From sequence record MZ475898.1: DNA of 64,000 bases. One strand, 5' to 3'. The notes under the pieces are model-generated. The model was not told the origin of the DNA. It saw only the letters and a list, made by a program, of their open reading frames with translations, and did not search any database. The position numbers and the translations under genes are program-made. This document shows positions 54,028-62,601 of the stretch, piece by piece (the first letter of the stretch is position 1; the number at the start of each line of letters is the position of its first letter).

Positions 54028-54362
54028 TAATGCCTCGTACTGTTAAAGAGCATGGGAATGTCGTTGATGTGTCCGAGATTGAGAAGTAGGTCTGTGTGTA
54101 GCAGGCGCATCTCATCCGCGTTGCAAATGACAATGACTTCTTGCAGTGGGTCAATTAAGAACCGAGGCACCTCAAGCAATTCGACGGTCATGCCGCCATC
54201 AAGCTCGTCAACAAGGTGCGCACCCTCCATCCATGTTCTACCTTCAGCATCATCTTTCAAATGACCGATAAAGTATTCGTCATCCAGCGCTACCATCATG
54301 AGCGTCCGGTGATCAGTTTCTAGATCATCAAATTCAAAATGAAAGTCATCGTCGTTGCACAT
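54027..54362 (-). CDS. Acidic hypothetical protein (111 aa)
   Basis: Coupled ORF. Confidence 0.7.
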   Translation of the reverse strand: MCNDDDFHFEFDDLETDHRTLMMVALDDEYFIGHLKDDAEGRTWMEGAHLVDELDGGMTVELLEVPRFLIDPLQEVIVICNADEMRLLHTDLLLNLGHINDIPMLFNSTRH

Positions 54363-54364
54363 GG

Positions 54365-54955
54365 CTATGCCCTCAGGTCAACCAATATAGATCCGCTTAG
54401 GTCACGCAGCATCTCTCGACCAAGAGGCGTGTACATGATTTGATGTACGGCAATACGTTCGAGGAACTGCTTGCTGGAATGTACATCGTGTCCTGTACGC
54501 TTTCGAACAAACTCTATGATCGAGGGAGCAGGTTGAATGAGGAACGTCAGTATCTCCGCATCGTGGAGAACACTACCCATGTCAGTGATTGGCTTTAGCT
54601 CAGTCTCCTGATCAAGGATATATCGGATAACGCGTTCCTCGTTACCAGTTTTAGGATTATGCTTAAAGAAGGTGCGAGCAGATTCAACCATAAGTTTGAA
54701 ATCATACTCGTCATCCGCAGTAGGCATTCTGAGAAAGAGAGCAGCAAGCAACAAATTTATTTCCACCTGTGGACCACGTTCAATGTTGAGCATCGCGTGT
54801 GCGGTGAGCACTACATCAAGCGCATAGTCACGGGTATACAGAGGATGAGAGGCTACTGTTCTGTCAAAATAGTCAAGGGCTGTGCGAAGTCCGTGACGAG
54901 ATAACAGGTGCTCTGCCTTAACACGAGCTAGGCGTTGCACCCTAGTCTTCTCCAC
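54365..54955 (-). CDS. HD-domain-like protein with degenerate active site
   Basis: LLLAALFLR where AAL.HD is expected; LHDAEI where CDADL is expected. Confidence 0.5.
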   Translation of the reverse strand: MEKTRVQRLARVKAEHLLSRHGLRTALDYFDRTVASHPLYTRDYALDVVLTAHAMLNIERGPQVEINLLLAALFLRMPTADDEYDFKLMVESARTFFKHNPKTGNEERVIRYILDQETELKPITDMGSVLHDAEILTFLIQPAPSIIEFVRKRTGHDVHSSKQFLERIAVHQIMYTPLGREMLRDLSGSILVDLRA

Positions 54956-55916
54956 CGATCTCTTTGAGGCTGTTCTTGATTGCTTTGCGCAGCGTCTTGC
55001 CTACGTCAATGCCATCAACATGTTTTGCGAACACATGCGCAAACAGCGTCGTCGGATTTTTCATGATTGCTTTATCGAGGTCCGGACGACCCTCAGCGAT
55101 TTGCATTTCACCAGGCCACAGTTCAGCAACGGCGGAGCTATCGTTAGCGGCGATAAGCTCAAGCTCGCGGACTGAGATAGAGTTCTGGCGTGCAATCGTT
55201 CGGAAGATGAGATCAACGAACGGCAGGAGATCTTCTGACACAACGTTCTTGACGTCTTTGGCATCGCCAGCACGTTGGAAGTCTTCCATGAGATCTGTCA
55301 GGACTTTCTTGTCGATCTTATGCACGTTGCGCAGTTTGTTGAACAACACCATCCAGCGAACTTTACGCTTGGAACTAATCAGGTGCGTCCACACACTTTC
55401 GCCGAGAGCAATCAGCAAACGATTATACACGTCAACTGAAACTGACTCGCGGCTAACGAACACGGTCAGCTCATCATGCCACTCGTCTTTCTTAAACTTA
55501 GAACGGAACGAGTGTGTCTTGGAGCCTGACTGCTGGACGAAGTTGATGCGCTTGCAGCGGCGCAGTGCTTCATGCAGCTTGTACTTCTCGATCACTTTCG
55601 GGAGTCGCTTCACTCCCTTACGACACGCTTTGGCGCAATCGGTTTCACGACCGTAGAGCGCGAGAGAAGGAAGGCCAGACATTACAGCGAGACTCGCGTA
55701 AGGTCGGACGGTAACTCCACAAACAGACATGCCGGGTTCCGGGTCTTTGCCCAGTACGGCAAGAACATCGCCTGCTTTAGGACTGAACTTAATTGACTCT
55801 GGGTCAGGAGTACCGAGTGTTGCAGCCAGAAGGCCAACGGTCTTGCCTGTCGCCAGAACCAAATGATTTTTGTTGCCCTGTCTCACGACAAGGTAATCTT
55901 GCTCACTATGTTTCAT
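54942..55916 (-). CDS. Hypothetical protein, possible inactive zincin-like fold
   Basis: LLIALGESVW and NPTTLFAHVF resemble HELGH and N..E.FAE.F without the metal ligands. Confidence 0.6.
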   Translation of the reverse strand: MKHSEQDYLVVRQGNKNHLVLATGKTVGLLAATLGTPDPESIKFSPKAGDVLAVLGKDPEPGMSVCGVTVRPYASLAVMSGLPSLALYGRETDCAKACRKGVKRLPKVIEKYKLHEALRRCKRINFVQQSGSKTHSFRSKFKKDEWHDELTVFVSRESVSVDVYNRLLIALGESVWTHLISSKRKVRWMVLFNKLRNVHKIDKKVLTDLMEDFQRAGDAKDVKNVVSEDLLPFVDLIFRTIARQNSISVRELELIAANDSSAVAELWPGEMQIAEGRPDLDKAIMKNPTTLFAHVFAKHVDGIDVGKTLRKAIKNSLKEIGGED

Positions 55917-55927
55917 AACAACCCTAG

Positions 55928-56440
55928 TTAACGAGGAATGTAATCAGAGACGTTAGCTTCCTTAGCGTCTGCTGTACGAGGGTTCATCAGGCGGCTAGTT
56001 GTATCTGCTGGTGGATAGCAAACAATAGGCTTGACGACCATGACTGTCAGTTGTTGCGGCCACATGTCGTGATCGATCATACGCGAGGCAATAATATGTG
56101 CGGCGCGTTCTGCATCTTCACGCAAATGGTCAAACTCCAACAGCAACACCTGAGGCTTCTGATCAATCTCGTTAACAGCATGATCAAGTTCCATCAGGTT
56201 CGTAGCAACATAGCTTCGGCAAGGCAGCGTTCCAGAGTAATCACGCGGTCCGATATAGACAACGTTCTCTGGGTCAACATCATCGATTGCATTGCAGATG
56301 AAATCAGGGACGAACTTGCCCAAGTCCCCTTCCAGTGCGACAAAAGACATATCAAAAGGATCGTGCCTCATAACGGTCATGACAGCACGTCCATAGCCAG
56401 ACAGATAGTTCATCAGTCTGTATACGAGATCACTATGCAC
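55928..56440 (-). CDS. Hypothetical protein (170 aa)
   Basis: ORF fits the operon. Confidence 0.7.
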   Translation of the reverse strand: MHSDLVYRLMNYLSGYGRAVMTVMRHDPFDMSFVALEGDLGKFVPDFICNAIDDVDPENVVYIGPRDYSGTLPCRSYVATNLMELDHAVNEIDQKPQVLLLEFDHLREDAERAAHIIASRMIDHDMWPQQLTVMVVKPIVCYPPADTTSRLMNPRTADAKEANVSDYIPR

Positions 56441-56451
56441 GTTAACCTCTT

Positions 56452-56607
56452 TTAGAATGCGGGAGTGTAGGTGTATTTGCGCTTCTTCAACTTCGCTGCC
56501 GCGTGTTCACGGTCTAAGTCGTCGAAGATACCTACCCGTCGGTGGTAACGAAATTTCGGATGAACGGAAATATGTTTGACGATAGCACTTACGGGTTCGG
56601 TAGGCAT
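56452..56607 (-). CDS. Small basic protein, 51 aa, not in the ORF track (MPTEPVSAIVKHISVHPKFRYHRRVGIFDDLDREHAAAKLKKRKYTYTPAF)
   Basis: GAGGTG RBS before ATG; exactly fills the gap. Confidence 0.75.
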   Translation of the reverse strand: MPTEPVSAIVKHISVHPKFRYHRRVGIFDDLDREHAAAKLKKRKYTYTPAF

Positions 56608-56615
56608 ATATCACC

Positions 56616-57101
56616 TCAGTCTGGTCTGTTCATTTGACGATGTATGTAGTCCCACATTTCGCCTTGTTCTTCTTCATCCATGTCTTCATCAGGAGGCAGC
56701 AACGGAGCTACTTCTTTCAGAAAACGTTGGCCTACGCCAGAAGTGAATTGAGACATTTCCTTGTGTCCATAGACGCGTGAAGAAATCGCCCAGGACACGT
56801 ACGGAAAAGACAGGCAAAGAGGTGAAGACTTCACAACACCATTACCGATCTCTACAAGTTGCTCTGCAATAACGTTATAGAGATCGTCAAGGGCTTTGGG
56901 ATTTTTATGCTTCGGCCATTCTTCCGTTAGAAGATTATTGACGTAGGCCTTCGGAGACTTCTCAAAGCGAGAATACTCCTCTTGATAGAACTCAGGTAAA
57001 TCAATTTTCTTCAAAGCATTGACTTTGTCCTGCAGGACAATTTCCATTTTAACCGCAGTGCGTAATCTAATCCTCAGGTCGAAAGGTCTGGTCTTAGGCA
57101 T
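56616..57101 (-). CDS. Hypothetical protein (161 aa)
   Basis: TAA-ATG abutting the polymerase-like gene. Confidence 0.7.
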   Translation of the reverse strand: MPKTRPFDLRIRLRTAVKMEIVLQDKVNALKKIDLPEFYQEEYSRFEKSPKAYVNNLLTEEWPKHKNPKALDDLYNVIAEQLVEIGNGVVKSSPLCLSFPYVSWAISSRVYGHKEMSQFTSGVGQRFLKEVAPLLPPDEDMDEEEQGEMWDYIHRQMNRPD

Positions 57102-58712
57102 TTAATCATCACCCATGAAATCAAGTGTGTCAGAGAATTTTTTCACAACGAATTTTGCTTTAGCCGACACAACGCCTTTGTCTCCCGTTTTAAGTAGAGC
57201 ACCATCATGCTCCAACGAATAGACAATCTCAACATCGCCGTTGAGGATAGCGTCGAACAACAAACTCGATTCAATGCCTGATATGCAATGACTCATGGTT
57301 CGTCGTCGGACTTTTCGAGAATGCACACACTGGTTACGTTCGAGAGTGTATTTGGCGCCAGTCTCGCACGTTAGCATCATTCCCTCCGACGTATATCGGA
57401 ACCGTCGCGAGTAGACTTCGCACAGTTGCTGCAACGCAGTGATAAACGTCAGGCAGTTAAGATTCCACGACTCAACAAAGTCATACACCTCACTCAAGTT
57501 TTTAAAGTGAGGACGCAACGCCATAACAGCACTGGACTTGGGACTCTTTGCCAGAGCGTCTGCGCTGAATAACGTGCCATAGAAACAGATCTTGACCAAT
57601 TTCTTGGTCAATTTGTTGTCAGGGTTATCGTGGTGCAACTTAGCTACAATATCATTTACAGAATGTATGTCGTTCAAGAACTCACACGCTATGCCGTTAG
57701 CCTCGAACTCCTTACGAATGATATTAAGCTGGCTGCTCTCCATATCCCAGTTATCACCAACAGTGCTGCACCGCTGTTTAAGAACGGCAGGGAACGACTG
57801 GAAGCCACCACCCTGTTCGAATAGACGACCACCAACCTTAGCAATCGTGTATGCTGGGTAATAGCGAATAACAAGAGGTGACTCTGTGACAATCTGAACA
57901 GGCCCCGATAAGATTGCTTGGAGACAGCTCATCACCTGATGATATTGCTTGAGCGCCTTGCGTGTGCCCCTGAAACTCTTAACCTGCAGGTACTCAAGAA
58001 TTGGGTCGATAGCAATTTCGTTCGGCCCTATCTTTTTCAGCACCGCCGTATAAAGTTTACGGGCTGCACGATCTCGATTAGACTTGAGGCCAAACTTAGC
58101 ATCAGGCCCCGACAGGTCATGCTTACGTGGACCAAACTCCTTGTTAGCACTCGCGCTGATCATTTCGAGTATCGTTTGACCAAATCGCTCTTGAACCGCC
58201 TTGAGAGGACTGTAGAAACGAGTCAACTCCAGCAGCTCACGATTAGACTTCGGTCGATTGGGGTACATACGGTCTAAGCACTTGCTCTTTATGCGGAACT
58301 CTCTGCTTCTCCCAGGGCTAGTAGGAGTTTTCTTCTTGTAGCGCTTGAAGTCCATGACATTAGACACCAGCCACTCAAGAGCACGCGCAAAATGCTTATC
58401 AGTACGGTTCCATTTCGGACCAACAGGCCCCCTGCTTGCATTTTCGCACCCGAATACCATAGGCAGCTCTTTTGACCCGAGCTTACGACTAAATGGTACC
58501 CAGACCGACCCAAACTTCTCAAATTTCTTGCGCTTCGTCGGATAGATAGAGGATTGAAGCACATGCCAGAAAAACAGATTGATTTGTCTGCGGTACTCAG
58601 CCTCATGTTTCTCGGGGCCGTCGTACGGACATTTGTCTACGACATTATCACGAACCCAAATCAAGGGTTCAAGCTCTTGATACGTCGGATTCTTAATCAT
58701 AAAAGAAGGCAT
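57102..58712 (-). CDS. Divergent superfamily-A / T7-RNAP-like nucleic acid polymerase
   Basis: GGRLF...GGFQS, WDMESSQL (motif A), K...K..FYG (motif B), SH.I.GIES, LEHDG (motif C) in canonical order. Confidence 0.68.
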   Translation of the reverse strand: MPSFMIKNPTYQELEPLIWVRDNVVDKCPYDGPEKHEAEYRRQINLFFWHVLQSSIYPTKRKKFEKFGSVWVPFSRKLGSKELPMVFGCENASRGPVGPKWNRTDKHFARALEWLVSNVMDFKRYKKKTPTSPGRSREFRIKSKCLDRMYPNRPKSNRELLELTRFYSPLKAVQERFGQTILEMISASANKEFGPRKHDLSGPDAKFGLKSNRDRAARKLYTAVLKKIGPNEIAIDPILEYLQVKSFRGTRKALKQYHQVMSCLQAILSGPVQIVTESPLVIRYYPAYTIAKVGGRLFEQGGGFQSFPAVLKQRCSTVGDNWDMESSQLNIIRKEFEANGIACEFLNDIHSVNDIVAKLHHDNPDNKLTKKLVKICFYGTLFSADALAKSPKSSAVMALRPHFKNLSEVYDFVESWNLNCLTFITALQQLCEVYSRRFRYTSEGMMLTCETGAKYTLERNQCVHSRKVRRRTMSHCISGIESSLLFDAILNGDVEIVYSLEHDGALLKTGDKGVVSAKAKFVVKKFSDTLDFMGDD

Positions 58713-58754
58713 TCTTTTCTCCGGAAATACTTCTTTCTCGCTCTTTCTTCTTGT

Positions 58755-58763
58755 TGTTTACAG
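58755..58763 (-). promoter_or_regulatory. CTGTAAACA promoter-like motif
   Basis: ~43 nt upstream of the polymerase-like gene. Confidence 0.55.
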
Positions 58764-58922
58764 AATCCACATCAAAGCTGCACGCTCGATAGAGCTAGGG
58801 CTACAGCCATACAACTGGATAGAAGATAGCTATGCAGCGGGCAAGCGAGCGGTGCGCTCAAGCTACGGAACAATGATATAGATACGGGGGCTTTAGGCGC
58901 ACTCCGTTTTCTCACCATCAAA

Positions 58923-58928
58923 AAATTA
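58923..58928 (-). promoter_or_regulatory. TAATTT promoter-like motif in the non-coding region
   Basis: tcTAATTTT with no convincing gene immediately downstream. Confidence 0.35.
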
Positions 58929-59061
58929 GATCCCGTCTTTAGCTAGCTATTACCCACCCGCTACAGCCCTAAACCCATGCTTAAACGCGATCATCGTTTT
59001 GAAAAAGATCTCGCTCAAACCATGTAAATTTTTTCGCGTTTTGACCCAAATTCTGTTCATT

Positions 59062-59081
59062 TTTTAACCAAAGGGTTAAAA
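59062..59081. repeat. Perfect 8-bp inverted repeat in an AT-rich tract
   Basis: TTTTAACC-AAAG-GGTTAAAA. Confidence 0.8.
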
Positions 59082-59126
59082 TCAGAGAAAAACCCGTTTA
59101 AAATCAAGGACTTTTCTCCGTTTAGA

Positions 59127-59786
59127 TTACTTTTTGCGAGAGATCTGCTGGTTCAGCTTCTTTCCGATTTGAGTAAGAACACGTTCTACCGTTTCACCGT
59201 CACGCTCTCCGATGGCCATAGCAAGGCGTTCGCCCTGTTCACGCGATAGCTCAGGCATAATCAGCTTGAGCATCTTTGATCGCGCCTTTGCAGACTTTGA
59301 TTTGCCTTTTGACAGCGATTGCGTTTCCATTTCGGCAGCAACACGGCTCATTGTGCGTTGCACGCGACGATCTGCGAATATATCACCGAAGATATTGCCA
59401 AACAGGTCCTGGAACGAGCGTCCGCCACCAAATATCTCATCCTTAGTGAAGCGCACTTCCTTTCCTAGCGCATTACGCTTAACGCTGTGCGTGCTTTCCA
59501 CTTCGTTTTGGACGCGTGCACCTTCTATGAAGTTCTCATCAGGCCGCGATTTCTTACCTTCAGCACCGGGCTTAGTGACGCCGTTACGCAGCTCAGCACG
59601 CCCCTCAACGGCCGCATCAGGGTCAAACATGTCATCAGTGTTGACGCTCTGATTAGGGTCAAAGGGGATCTTGTCTGTCAGCTTGTTTTCATCTGGCCAC
59701 GAACGAGGGATATCAGACGCCGGTTGAGGGCTATTCGTCATATCACCGTTCTTTTCGCTGTTCAGACTCACATAAATCTTGGTCAT
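59127..59786 (-). CDS. Hypothetical protein with MTKIYVSLNS N-terminus
   Basis: 219-aa ORF with AGGAG RBS. Confidence 0.72.
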   Translation of the reverse strand: MTKIYVSLNSEKNGDMTNSPQPASDIPRSWPDENKLTDKIPFDPNQSVNTDDMFDPDAAVEGRAELRNGVTKPGAEGKKSRPDENFIEGARVQNEVESTHSVKRNALGKEVRFTKDEIFGGGRSFQDLFGNIFGDIFADRRVQRTMSRVAAEMETQSLSKGKSKSAKARSKMLKLIMPELSREQGERLAMAIGERDGETVERVLTQIGKKLNQQISRKK

Positions 59787-59795
59787 TTGTTTCTC

Positions 59796-60902
59796 CTAGA
59801 GAATTTTAAAGCCCTTGAAAATGTTATACGCGTATTCTTTGCGTTGTACGGCACGGGTGGTGCACACCCATTCCCATTGATCGTTCTTTGCTGTGCGCTT
59901 CTTCGGCGCTTCCATCACTTTCAGCACGTAGTTTTTGAAAGGCAGAACCAGCAAATCTTCAGGCTCAAGCGGGCCACAACGCGCAGGCAGAACAACTGTC
60001 AGGTTACCTACAGTCAGCTCCTGATCGTAATCCAGCACGTTTGCTTCTTCGCTGATATTGCCTTTAACGTAAGGCACGCCCAGATCGAATATCATTGTGG
60101 CATGTGTGAAAGCCTCAACGCCACCGATTCTGATCGTTACGTTCTTGCCACGAAACTTATCCAGCGTTTCCGCTTTCAACTCGACCGCTACGCCGTTCAG
60201 CATCAGCATAGGACGGGGGAAAGCAGGAAGCACTTTCTCATTCAATCTGACCGAATAAGTCGCCTGCGTAAAGTATTTTGGAATAAGCTGATCGAACTCA
60301 ACGAAGCCGTCTTTGCGTACCTGACGGAACGTTGAAGGGCTGGTGGACTGATCGTATGTGTAGCCTTCAATGCGTAGCGCATGGTGCTGCATCATAACGT
60401 TGTACACGAAGCCTGTGCTAATGAATCCAGGCACGATGCCTTGACGGAAGCACACAGCACAGTTGGCGTTGTTACCGCCATCCCATTTGACGCTCATCTC
60501 TTCTTCGGTGTCGCCCATGAGATCTGCTGCGCTCAACGTTGCATTCTCGCCTTCGTCGAGGTCATCAAGGCTAACCGTTTGACGTCCACCACCAAACATG
60601 CCTTTCGACACAGTGTTCAGCTTGACGTTACCCTGAGTGCCAAGGCTTGAACGGCCAACGCTTTTCATTCCACCTAAGTTGGAATCAAAGTCGTCGTTGA
60701 CTGTTTTGTTGCAACTGCACGTCAGACCGAATTTTGCTTTCTTGAATATGATAATGTCCGTAGCGTCAACGGCTAATGCCTGTTCGACCTTGGACTTGAC
60801 CACTTCCTGAATGGAGTCGAGGCGCTGCTGCACTCGCTTTGTCTCGTAGGTCTTGTGGCGATCATATTTATTACGGGGTTTGCCACGTTCAATCCAGCTC
60901 AT
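59796..60902 (-). CDS. Putative neck/head-closure protein
   Basis: CSC...C..CF..G...GF cysteine pattern recalled from large-myovirus neck proteins; TAATTT promoter. Confidence 0.5.
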   Translation of the reverse strand: MSWIERGKPRNKYDRHKTYETKRVQQRLDSIQEVVKSKVEQALAVDATDIIIFKKAKFGLTCSCNKTVNDDFDSNLGGMKSVGRSSLGTQGNVKLNTVSKGMFGGGRQTVSLDDLDEGENATLSAADLMGDTEEEMSVKWDGGNNANCAVCFRQGIVPGFISTGFVYNVMMQHHALRIEGYTYDQSTSPSTFRQVRKDGFVEFDQLIPKYFTQATYSVRLNEKVLPAFPRPMLMLNGVAVELKAETLDKFRGKNVTIRIGGVEAFTHATMIFDLGVPYVKGNISEEANVLDYDQELTVGNLTVVLPARCGPLEPEDLLVLPFKNYVLKVMEAPKKRTAKNDQWEWVCTTRAVQRKEYAYNIFKGFKIL

Positions 60903-60924
60903 ATTAATCTCCTTTGTTGCTCTG

Positions 60925-60930
60925 AAATTA
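60925..60930 (-). promoter_or_regulatory. TAATTT promoter-like motif
   Basis: caaTAATTTC at the strand-switch region. Confidence 0.6.
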
Positions 60931-61000
60931 TTGTGCTGTTTCCGTGCCTTTCACATCAAAAATATTTATTTAGTAGCACAATGAAAATACGGAGTTTCAT

Positions 61001-61549
61001 ATGCGCGTTCTTTCAGGCGACCCGGGTAAGGTTAACTTCGCGCTGTCTGTCCAGGAGTTCAAGGACAAACGCATTACTGTTATAGGCACGCGGATGTTCC
61101 GCAGTCCTATTCAGAACCTGCATTACGATATGCGTCAGCCCACAAAAGAGTTTCTTGCCGAGCTTGAGCTAATATGGAAACTCTACGGACCGTTCGATGC
61201 CATGTGCTTTGAGCGCTTCCAGTCGCGTGGTCTTGGCGGCAACACCATTGAAGCTATCAGCCTCATGCTCGGTGTCATATCGTTCTTTGCGTTGAAGAAG
61301 AAATGCCCTCTTGATTTAATCACTGCTAGTCAGTGGAAAAATGCTTTCAACCGCAGCATGGACCTTAAAGGCTATTATGCGGAATACAATCTGACGTCAA
61401 AGAAAAGCCAAAAAGCAATTCATGAATTTGATGCAAGCCTCATTGGCGTCTATACCTTCTATCGTCATTCAGAAATCAAACCGTTTGCAGGCTTCAATCG
61501 TATCATCGATGCGTATGTTCCACGATTCCTGGAAGCACCTGTTCTTTGA
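61001..61549 (+). CDS. ruvC: RuvC-like Holliday junction resolvase
   Basis: LSGDPG..NFA, CFERFQ, W K, FDA..IG acidic catalytic residues. Confidence 0.8.
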   Translation: MRVLSGDPGKVNFALSVQEFKDKRITVIGTRMFRSPIQNLHYDMRQPTKEFLAELELIWKLYGPFDAMCFERFQSRGLGGNTIEAISLMLGVISFFALKKKCPLDLITASQWKNAFNRSMDLKGYYAEYNLTSKKSQKAIHEFDASLIGVYTFYRHSEIKPFAGFNRIIDAYVPRFLEAPVL

Positions 61550-61558
61550 GGAAATGAA

Positions 61559-61897
61559 ATGAACATTGAACTTGAAACCCATGTAATGAACATGCTGGCA
61601 GGCATCAGCCGTCATCTGGTTAAGCTTGGTAGAGGTGATGTAGCTGCTTACCAAGATCGTTTCTTCTTCGAGTATTCGTTCAACACACCTATGGTGGACG
61701 GCAACTACGACGATGTGGTTGCTAAGCTGCGCGAGAAGATTGTGGCAGAACTTGCAGTGCGTGACATTGCACTGACCGAAGATTATCAGCCTGTGCTTAC
61801 CTACAGACCGATGGTGATCGTACCCGCATCTGATGACCGTGAGCTGGTAGTTATCGTGGTTGGTTTCCCACTTGATGCACCAGTGGTCCTGCCATAA
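61559..61897 (+). CDS. Hypothetical protein (112 aa)
   Basis: GAGGA RBS. Confidence 0.75.
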   Translation: MNIELETHVMNMLAGISRHLVKLGRGDVAAYQDRFFFEYSFNTPMVDGNYDDVVAKLREKIVAELAVRDIALTEDYQPVLTYRPMVIVPASDDRELVVIVVGFPLDAPVVLP

Positions 61898-61900
61898 ATT

Positions 61901-61909
61901 CTGTAAATG
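61901..61909 (+). promoter_or_regulatory. CTGTAAATG promoter-like motif
   Basis: Plus-strand copy upstream of a plus-strand gene, so the motif flips with gene orientation. Confidence 0.6.
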
Positions 61910-61941
61910 ATCTTACTTGGTTAACCTGTAGGATATTTGCG

Positions 61942-62601
61942 ATGGCGAAGTCAGTGAAAGAACGAAAAGCGGTTACGAAGATCGCTAAAACAAAGAAGGG
62001 AAAAATTCCTATTCGCATTATCGAGGACACGCGCCCAATAATCATTTGCCCCGAGATGGAAGACAAACCTCGTCCGTTTCGTTTTCGCGGTCAGTGCCCG
62101 ATAACAACCTGCCAGTATTGCACACGCGAAACTGCAACTGGCTGCATGTCGTTAGATCGTAAAGAGTCTTCCGACCGTTCTATCTCTAACCGCGAGATTG
62201 CGTACTATAAGCGTAGCCTCTTTCCTGAACTTAAAGAGATGGATCAGAAACAGTTGGACACGACTGTTCGACGGGCACAGACTCGTACCCGTACTGCTAT
62301 CTGTCTCAATATGTTTATTGCCTCCGTTGATGATTCTGATTCTGATCGTTCATTTCAGTACGTGAAAGGCAGACACCCGTCAGTGGACAATGTGCATAAC
62401 TACATGGTTCAAACCTTTACCGACTACAGACCTTGGATGCTCGCCTATCTTGATGATGAGCAGCGCTTCGAAGAACTGGTCGGTAAGATAGCAAATTCTG
62501 AATTTAATTTAGGTACAGCCTTGCGTCTTACGCCTCGTAAGTATCAGGTGTTCTGCAAAGCTCTAAACGACCTTAAACAATCTGGAGAAACCAATGAGTG
62601 A
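61942..62601 (+). CDS. Hypothetical protein with Cys cluster (CP..C..C...GC), possible zinc-binding regulator
   Basis: 219-aa ORF. Confidence 0.7.
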   Translation: MAKSVKERKAVTKIAKTKKGKIPIRIIEDTRPIIICPEMEDKPRPFRFRGQCPITTCQYCTRETATGCMSLDRKESSDRSISNREIAYYKRSLFPELKEMDQKQLDTTVRRAQTRTRTAICLNMFIASVDDSDSDRSFQYVKGRHPSVDNVHNYMVQTFTDYRPWMLAYLDDEQRFEELVGKIANSEFNLGTALRLTPRKYQVFCKALNDLKQSGETNE

